A DNA stretch of 64,000 bases from an uncultured Candidatus Saccharibacteria bacterium (GTDB lineage Bacteria; Patescibacteriota; Minisyncoccia; Phycocordibacterales; SBAW01), in contig CAZMIU010000001.1 of the NCBI GenBank assembly GCA_964566795.1, forward strand, positions 150,764-214,763, written 5' to 3'. Position 1 is the stretch's first letter. Each line of letters starts with the position of its first letter. Shown here in pieces: positions 19,617-26,340 of the stretch. A program made the position numbers and the translations under genes. Below the pieces are notes generated by a model, which saw nothing but the letters and a program-made list of their open reading frames with translations, had not been told where the DNA came from and did not search any database.

Positions 19617-20240
19617 TTACAGCGCCCTAAATGTTGCCCACAGCGGCCCGCCGTCGGCGTCTGCCATCGGTTTGTCTGCGTTAAGCGAGAAAATGCGGTC
19701 ACCGTTGTCTACCGATAGCCCAACAATATAGGACTGATTGGGCTGCATATTGCGCAAAAGACCCACGCTCCCCTTTGTGTTGCCTGAGAAGTAGAGCCTG
19801 GCGCCGAGCGCGTTCCCCGGCTTGCCCTCACGCGACACATACACAACAACCCACGTGGGTTTTGAGAGGTAGAGGCTTTGTATGACAACGCTGTGCCCGG
19901 CCTTTTGGTCTAGAACGACGAGAGCCTGGGGCGTGTCCGAGGCTGCCTTGGCTTGTGTTGTCGTACTTACTGTGTCCGCAGCCGCTGCGAGGGCATGTGC
20001 AGACGCGCGGCTTTGATGTGTCTTGGCCCAGGCAGTGGCCAAAAGTGCCCCAATGATAATGCCCGCAACAAGGACAGCGGCGTACGCGGGCGCCTGTGTT
20101 GCATACGCCTTCTTGCTGCTTGGAAAGGTTGAGGCAACCTCTGCGTGTGCGTGCGGGGGGCTGTTTTGCGCCGGCAAAGAATCCGCCCGTGGTGGGGCGG
20201 GCGGCAAAGACCACGGCAATCGGGGTTTGTCGTCCGGCAT
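19617..20240 (-). CDS. Hypothetical secreted or membrane-anchored protein
   Basis: ORF 19617-20369. The likely start MPDDKPRLPW at 20238-20240 avoids overlap with the next gene. There is one TM or signal anchor. Confidence 0.4.
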   Translation of the reverse strand: MPDDKPRLPWSLPPAPPRADSLPAQNSPPHAHAEVASTFPSSKKAYATQAPAYAAVLVAGIIIGALLATAWAKTHQSRASAHALAAAADTVSTTTQAKAASDTPQALVVLDQKAGHSVVIQSLYLSKPTWVVVYVSREGKPGNALGARLYFSGNTKGSVGLLRNMQPNQSYIVGLSVDNGDRIFSLNADKPMADADGGPLWATFRAL

Positions 20241-20280
20241 AGGTACGGTAGTGATGAATATAGGAGGAAGAGCTCTGCCC

Positions 20281-21129
20281 CTATTGTACCGTGCCCCTGC
20301 CGTCAGACAATACTCCCGCCTCCTCGAGCACAGAAGCGACCTTTTGCGATGACACGCCCACATCAGCAAGCACCCGGGGGTTGGCCGCTATCTCGCTGCA
20401 CAGGACAATGCGCTTCTCAAGCAATGCCAGCTTTTCCCTCCGACTAAGCGTTGTAAGCGCGGTTATGGGGTAGAGCCCCGCCGCCGCTATGCGGTCATGC
20501 AGGGTGTGGCCGTCGGGCTCATCCCAGCTTAAGAGGTCGAGCCCGGCACATGCAGCATAATGGGTCGCGTGCGTTGTAAACTTGGTGTTAGTTACAAGCA
20601 GCCCGAGCACCACTGTCTTGTCACCGCCCCTTTTTGCGGCATGTGCGGCGCGGATGTCATCCATGCGCGCTTTGACATATAAAGCGGTCTTAAGATCGGT
20701 TTTAAAGCCGGGGCTGTTATGGAACTTGGCCTCCACATATAAAAGCTCATTGCCCTTTTTGGCGACAACATCTACCTCATGCTCGACACACCCGCCCCGT
20801 ATTACCTTGTCTGTCGAGGCCTCCCATCCCTCTGCCCTCAGCAGCGCCGCAATGTATGTCTCAAACGGAAAGCCGGATGGTCCAAAGTCCCACACGGCGC
20901 GTTTGAGCGAATAGCGGGCAGCAATGCCGTGGCGGTGCGCGCGCAGCCTGGCAAAGGCACGACGGTAAATTTCCTGCGTGGTAATGCCGTCAAAAAGCTC
21001 GAGCTCCACCTCTCCCGCAATTTCCTGCGCAGTGGTACGGTCAGCACCCGCGCGGGCGAGCGACCCCAAGAGCTTGCGGTCATCAAAAGTCTCGCGCGTG
21101 CCGTCGGCCTTGGTTATAAGCAGAGCCAT
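20281..21129 (-). CDS. ATP-cone domain fused to Mrr/restriction-endonuclease-like (PD-(D/E)XK) domain
   Basis: N-terminal ITKADGTRETFDDRKL... is ATP-cone-like. The central VEHEVDVVAKKGNELLYVEAKF is an Mrr_cat-like nuclease core. Confidence 0.55.
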   Translation of the reverse strand: MALLITKADGTRETFDDRKLLGSLARAGADRTTAQEIAGEVELELFDGITTQEIYRRAFARLRAHRHGIAARYSLKRAVWDFGPSGFPFETYIAALLRAEGWEASTDKVIRGGCVEHEVDVVAKKGNELLYVEAKFHNSPGFKTDLKTALYVKARMDDIRAAHAAKRGGDKTVVLGLLVTNTKFTTHATHYAACAGLDLLSWDEPDGHTLHDRIAAAGLYPITALTTLSRREKLALLEKRIVLCSEIAANPRVLADVGVSSQKVASVLEEAGVLSDGRGTVQ

Positions 21130-21134
21130 TGCTC

Positions 21135-22188
21135 TTAGTATACGATTGATTCTTTTATTACTCCCCCGCCAATACAGCGGCCATGTTTATAAAGCACCAG
21201 TGACTGGCCCGCGGGCACCCAATGCGGCTTGTGCAGCGTGACCGTGTTTGCCTCTGCATCAAGCTGTGCCTCGATAAGCTCCTGACGGTAGCGGTAGCGT
21301 GCCATGTATGTGCCGCTGTAAACCTCGCCTATCCAGTTTGTATCGGTTATCTCAACTTTTGTCAGCGTTGCGCCTTGAGGGAACTTGCTTGGCGATACGG
21401 TTATTGTGTTTGCCTCGATATCTTTGGCGATTACGTAGTTGGGCACAGCGTCGGGTGCCTGTGTAGCCAACTCAAAGCCGTGGCGCTGCCCCATGGTGTA
21501 GAGCGCAGCGCCCCGGTGCACTCCCACAACCTCGCCCGCCTCGTTTAACACGCTGCCCGGCATGGGAGTAAGCTCGCGCTCGAGCATATCTGTTATTGAT
21601 ATTGGTCCCAAAAAGCACAGGCCCTGGCTGTCTTTGCGCCCTGCATTAGGGAGACCGAACTTCTGCGCCAGCGTGCGGACTTGCGGCTTGGTGAGGTGTC
21701 CTATCGGGAACAGTACGTGCGCAAGTACATCCTGAGGCACCGCCCACAAAAAGTAGGTCTGGTCTTTGTCTATATCTTTGGACACATACATAAGGCCGTC
21801 TTTAACTTGCGCGTAATGGCCAGTGGCCACAAACTCGGCGCCTTGCGCGCGGGCCCAGTCATAAAAAAGCCCGAACTTAATCTCTTTGTTGCACAGCGTG
21901 TCGGGGTTGGGAGTATGGCCCTGTGCAAACTCCTTTATAGATGCATCAAACACCTTTTGCTGATACTCTCGCGAGAGGTCCACCTCCACAAACGGGATTT
22001 TAAGATGCGCTGCCACGCGCATGGCGTCTATGCGGTCTGCCCCGGCAGTGCACGGGTACCCCTCGACCGTTATTTTTATAAAAGCGCCCACCACCGCATA
22101 GCCCTGTTGTTGCAACAAAGCGGCCGAGGTGGCGGAGTCTACCCCGCCGGAGAGTCCCACGTATACTGTGCCTTTAGGAGTGGTTATC
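21135..22188 (-). CDS. mnmA: tRNA-specific 2-thiouridylase MnmA
   Basis: PP-loop VGLSGGVDSATSAALL and conserved catalytic Cys region. The ORF track extends to 22337, but the N-terminal 50 aa are low-complexity and overlap a terminator. Start set at GTG about 22186-22188, which is uncertain. Confidence 0.85.
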
Positions 22189-22211
22189 ACACGTCTGTTA
22201 TAGCGCGGATG

Positions 22212-22245
22212 CGCAAAAAGAAAAACCCCGGCGTAAGCCGGAGTC
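22212..22245 (-). terminator. Hairpin plus T-run downstream of mltG
   Basis: Minus strand: ccggcttacgccgg hairpin followed by ggtttttcttttt. Confidence 0.5.
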
Positions 22246-22254
22246 TTTTGAGGA

Positions 22255-23310
22255 TTAATCGAAGTAGGGGTCCAGGTACTTCTTTTTGTTGGCCAGGTGC
22301 TGCTCGTATGTGGTCGCATAGTGGAAGTTGCCGTCAAGGTCCGAGAGGAAAAATATGTAGTTGCTCTTAATCGGGTTAAGCGCTGCTGTTATAGAGTCGA
22401 GCCCGGGGTTATTTATGGGGCCGGGCGGCAGACCCTTGTACTTGTAGGTGTTGTACGGCGAGTCAATCTTTAGGTCCTCAAGCGTTACCTCAAAGGTGTT
22501 CTTGCTGATGATGTAGGGGAACACCGCGTCTACCTGCAGCGGCATACCAATAGATATGCGGTGCCACAAGACGCCTGCAATTTTTTGGCGGTCTGCGCTC
22601 TTGTTGGCCTCCTTCTCGAGTATCGAGGCCATGGTAAGAATCTCCTCTTCCGTATGGCCCGATGCGTCTATCTGCTTGGCGAGCTTCGTAAGTTTGGTAT
22701 GGAATGCGTTGGTAAATACAGAGAGCACGGCCTCGGTGGTATCCGCCGGCATAAAGAAGTACGTGTCAGGGAACAGGTACCCTTCCTTGCCTTCGGTTGC
22801 CGCGAGGAAGGCCTTCTGGTTAAAGTCTGGGATTTTGTCATACAGGATGCGCGCAATGTCCTTAACCGTGCTGCCCTCGGGGATCATGACCCTGACGGGC
22901 GTTGTCTCAAAGTCGCCGGAGACGACCCGCGCCGCCACCTGTATCATGTTTTGCTTGCGGCCAAAATAGTACACGCCGGACGGCACAGACCGGTCGTCGC
23001 CTACAATGCGCGCAATCTGCCTAAAGGTCCACCCGTTGCGCACAACCCCGCGCTCCTCAAGTATCTCCCCCACTTCCTTGAGCGACGAGCCCTTGGGGAT
23101 AGTAACGTATGAGCCCGACGGGAAGTACGACAAAGGCGCCAGTGTCAGCGAGTATGCTATCCAGCCGAGTACCAGTATGCCGCCAATGGTAACCACGGCA
23201 TGCTCAACGACCCTAAGGCCCGTGTACCAGCTCCACCCGCGGTGGCCCCAGTGTATAAATGTCGGGAAGTGGATATGGAACTTTTCTATATGGTGGGGCT
23301 TTAAAAGCAT
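22255..23310 (-). CDS. mltG: Endolytic murein transglycosylase MltG (YceG-like)
   Basis: N-terminal TM, YceG domain with conserved IPEG and catalytic E region. Confidence 0.8.
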   Translation of the reverse strand: MLLKPHHIEKFHIHFPTFIHWGHRGWSWYTGLRVVEHAVVTIGGILVLGWIAYSLTLAPLSYFPSGSYVTIPKGSSLKEVGEILEERGVVRNGWTFRQIARIVGDDRSVPSGVYYFGRKQNMIQVAARVVSGDFETTPVRVMIPEGSTVKDIARILYDKIPDFNQKAFLAATEGKEGYLFPDTYFFMPADTTEAVLSVFTNAFHTKLTKLAKQIDASGHTEEEILTMASILEKEANKSADRQKIAGVLWHRISIGMPLQVDAVFPYIISKNTFEVTLEDLKIDSPYNTYKYKGLPPGPINNPGLDSITAALNPIKSNYIFFLSDLDGNFHYATTYEQHLANKKKYLDPYFD

Positions 23311-23315
23311 ATGGA

Positions 23316-24737
23316 TTATGTGGGTAGGTTAATGGGAGCATCCGAGCGCCTCGACGGCACACGGTCAAGCGCCGGCGTCACTACAACCGATGATGGGAAG
23401 TGCCATAGGGTGGCAAGCTCCTCGGTTGTAAGGTAGGTGGGCACCTGGTCGTACGGGACATAGAAGTAGGCGCGGTATTTGTACCTAAAGAACAGGTTGC
23501 GCTTGACCCGGTTCTCGCGTATGCCGCCCCAGTCCTGCCATGGGAAGTCAAAGTCGGTGAGACCGCGCGCCGCGCCAATGGAGTTAAAGTCCGGGTAGCG
23601 GTACGCGTCAAAAAAGCGCACCACCTGGCCGTTTGTGATGCCCACGGTTGCCTCCTTTTTGCTTACGTACAATACGCGTATCCCGCACTCAAATACGTTT
23701 TTGGTGAGTGCGCGTTCGATAGCCTCCACCCTGAGCTTTTCTCCACCGGAGAGGAGTGTGGAGCCGCGCTGGCCCACCTTCTTCTTCTCGGCCTCGTCCT
23801 CTACAAAACTCTTTGCACGCTCAATAGCACCTTTTGTAATCTTTTTTATCTCTTCCTGGGCCTCAACTTTGTAGTGCTGGTCACCCGATTTATAAAAGCC
23901 GTACCACTCGTCTTTTTTTGGGGCTTTCATGATGATCTGCAGCCACAGATGCTCCCCCGGCCCCACATGGCCCAACAGCTCAAGGAGGTTTGTTATAGGG
24001 TCCACCTGTATCTCGGGGGTATCCGGGTTTTTGTCCAGCCCGTAGTCCACATAGGTCTTGATGGGCATAATCTGCGGCGCGCCTTTTTGGTACTCAATGC
24101 CAAAGAGGTTGTAGTCGTCGGTATTAAAGGGCACCCTGGCGGCATAATCCTCCACCACTGTCACGCGCGCCTCGGGGAACTGGCCATACAGCCTAGCCTC
24201 GATGATATTTTTAAACCCTTTGCGCAGGTGGATGTAGTACTTGATCTGGCCCTCGTTGCTCGCTATCTCGAGTGAAAATACGGCGCGAAACTGCCCCTTC
24301 CAGATACGGGCAATAAACGTGCTCTCGCCGCCCGAGTTCCACATCGCGGTTAAAAAAAGCTCCATCGCCAGGGGCGACTTCTGCACTTCCGGCGGCAACT
24401 GCACCTCCAAGAGCACATACTCCTGGTTGAACCAGAACATGTAGCGCAGGTAGTGTATCCACGTAATCCAAAACCCCACCGCAAGACCGATGGGCAGCCA
24501 TATGGGAGAGAGCGCGACGGTCATGGCGAGTGTTGCTGAGAGTGCCTCGCGGTCCACAGCGGCAACCACAAGCACGAGGATAAAAAATGCGATGGGTATA
24601 ACGACGAGCGGCTCGAACGACCACGCATAAATCACCTTTTCTGATATGTATTTGGCGCCGTCGTGCGTCCAGAGAAGAAAAATCTTCTTATACCAAGGTT
24701 TCTTATCAAAAGGCTCGCCGCCCCCACCTGATGCCAT
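23316..24737 (-). CDS. Hypothetical 2-TM membrane protein with large conserved C-terminal domain
   Basis: ORF 23316-24839. Start likely ATG 24735-24737 (MASGGGGEPF), directly preceded by ggtataat on the minus strand. No recognisable family. Confidence 0.5.
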   Translation of the reverse strand: MASGGGGEPFDKKPWYKKIFLLWTHDGAKYISEKVIYAWSFEPLVVIPIAFFILVLVVAAVDREALSATLAMTVALSPIWLPIGLAVGFWITWIHYLRYMFWFNQEYVLLEVQLPPEVQKSPLAMELFLTAMWNSGGESTFIARIWKGQFRAVFSLEIASNEGQIKYYIHLRKGFKNIIEARLYGQFPEARVTVVEDYAARVPFNTDDYNLFGIEYQKGAPQIMPIKTYVDYGLDKNPDTPEIQVDPITNLLELLGHVGPGEHLWLQIIMKAPKKDEWYGFYKSGDQHYKVEAQEEIKKITKGAIERAKSFVEDEAEKKKVGQRGSTLLSGGEKLRVEAIERALTKNVFECGIRVLYVSKKEATVGITNGQVVRFFDAYRYPDFNSIGAARGLTDFDFPWQDWGGIRENRVKRNLFFRYKYRAYFYVPYDQVPTYLTTEELATLWHFPSSVVVTPALDRVPSRRSDAPINLPT

Positions 24738-24792
24738 GCTAGTATTATACCCCAGGAGGAGCACCCGCCTCCCACTGTAGAGAACAGCACCT

Positions 24793-25134
24793 ATGCAGCC
24801 AAACGAGCTGAATAACTTTGATACGCTTGAGCGCAACATAGACGCATTTAATGCCGCTGTCGGTCAGGGGTTTTGGGATATTGTGTTTGCCCACCCCATG
24901 ACCTACCTCGGGTACGCGTTTGCGCTTGTGGCGGCGATAGGCTTCATCATATTTTTGGCTGGCCTGGGCGCCGGGCTCCCCAAAGTGTTTACCATGGACT
25001 GGCACGACGAGCACCAGGAGCATCACCGCGTGCGCGTGACCTGGGGCTTTTTTATACTCTTGTATGTGTTTATCGTCTGGGAGATAGTGCGCTGGATCCT
25101 GGGCGGTGTGCTCGGATTGTTTGGTGCACAATAA
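24793..25134 (+). CDS. Hypothetical small membrane protein
   Basis: Two hydrophobic helices, divergent from the 23316-24737 gene, followed by the structured element. Confidence 0.45.
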   Translation: MQPNELNNFDTLERNIDAFNAAVGQGFWDIVFAHPMTYLGYAFALVAAIGFIIFLAGLGAGLPKVFTMDWHDEHQEHHRVRVTWGFFILLYVFIVWEIVRWILGGVLGLFGAQ

Positions 25135-25214
25135 AAACCCTTAGGAAAATAGCCTGGCCTGATAGGGCTTCGAGCCCGATACAGGAGATCCGAGGACTTT
25201 TTCCTAAGGGTTTT
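25134..25214. repeat. Structured intergenic element, copy 1: 16-bp perfect closing stem around a conserved ~50-nt core; terminator-like
   Basis: AAAACCCTTAGGAAAA...TTTTCCTAAGGGTTTT encloses a core that is ~80 percent identical to 41968-42028 with compensatory changes in its inner stems. Confidence 0.6.
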
Positions 25215-25222
25215 TATGGAGA

Positions 25223-26278
25223 CTATTTCACAAGCGTGAATGCTCCGTCTTTGCCGCGTTTGAAATATTTCTGGTTCTGGAGGTTGACCACAATCGTGCC
25301 CGGCTTAACATGGCGCTCTTTGAGCACCTCCTTAACTATCTCGTCGCGGGTCATGGGGCCGCTCTTGCGCAGTATGTCGCGGATAACGTCGCGCACGACG
25401 CCAGTGGTGTAGCCCCACTCCTTAAGCGCGTACATGCCGCGGCCCACCAGGACAAAGCGGTCATCCTTAATAAGCTCGTTGTGGGTAGTGGCCACGTGTG
25501 CGGCGCGGTTAAACATCTTCTCAATCAGGCCCGACACCTCGCGGAAGTGGAGCGGAGAGCCGTGCTTTTTAACTGCCAGGTAGGCGTAGTCGCGGATACC
25601 CTTGGTCTTAACGTTTTGGGAATGTGCCTGGCCCCACTCGCCCAGGGGGTTTTTACCTATACCCTTTGAGATTGCAAGCCAGCGGCGCAATACCTCCTCG
25701 TTGCGGTGCTTGTCGTTAAGCGTCTGGAGCTCCTTGAGAAAGCGGTCTATCATCTCGCCCTCCGGGATAAGGTCCTCGTCAGAGAGGCCGGAGTAGAGCG
25801 ACTTGAGCGCTCCCTCCACCTTCTGGGCCAAGTCGGGGTCTACATACCAGCAGCGGTTAACCTCATCATCCTCCTTGCGGAATTTAAACGGGTCTCCCAA
25901 AACAAGCAAAAAATAGATGTGGTTCTGCATCGACTTGTCCTTGGTCATAAAATTGAGCAGGTCGTCCTCGCAGACAATGCCGCCCAGACCGTCGATGATG
26001 CGCTCGAGCTCCTCAAATGCGTCCTGTGCCCCGCCAAACGCCGGCGACTTCTTAAGGGCGCCAAGTGCATGGTTCTCAATCTGGCGAACACGCTCGCGGG
26101 TTATGCCGTAGCGCTTGCCGATGGCCTCCAGCGTTACGCGCTCGGGAGAGTCACCCAGCCCAAAGCGGGCCTCAAGCACGGTGCGGGAGCGCTCTGGGAG
26201 CGAGGCAAGAAGCTTTTTGACAATTGCCTTAGGCTTAAAACCTGTCTTGTCCGCCGTGGAAGTTGATGAGGGTGCCAT
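25223..26278 (-). CDS. Hypothetical DNA-binding protein: N-terminal sigma-70 region-4-like HTH plus C-terminal winged-helix-like domain
   Basis: Residues about 30-80 (TVLEARFGLGDSPERVTLEAIGKRYGITRERVRQIENHALGALKK) are a textbook sigma70_r4 motif, but at the N-terminus. There are no region 2 or 3 motifs. Confidence 0.55.
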   Translation of the reverse strand: MAPSSTSTADKTGFKPKAIVKKLLASLPERSRTVLEARFGLGDSPERVTLEAIGKRYGITRERVRQIENHALGALKKSPAFGGAQDAFEELERIIDGLGGIVCEDDLLNFMTKDKSMQNHIYFLLVLGDPFKFRKEDDEVNRCWYVDPDLAQKVEGALKSLYSGLSDEDLIPEGEMIDRFLKELQTLNDKHRNEEVLRRWLAISKGIGKNPLGEWGQAHSQNVKTKGIRDYAYLAVKKHGSPLHFREVSGLIEKMFNRAAHVATTHNELIKDDRFVLVGRGMYALKEWGYTTGVVRDVIRDILRKSGPMTRDEIVKEVLKERHVKPGTIVVNLQNQKYFKRGKDGAFTLVK

Positions 26279-26340
26279 GTAAATAATGCTTAATTTGTGT
26301 GGTCTAATATATCACAGCCTACACAATAGGTCAAAGGGGG

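Noticed and set aside
21135-22337. Full 400-aa mnmA ORF starting at 22337
   Set aside because: The first about 50 codons are low-complexity and span the mltG terminator hairpin. MnmA homology begins at ...ITTPKGTVYVGLSGG, so a later alternative start is more plausible.
25150-25198. Hammerhead-type self-cleaving ribozyme in the structured element
   Set aside because: Copy 1 has CUGAUAG, but the required CUGAnGA...GAAA core is not present and not conserved in copy 2.
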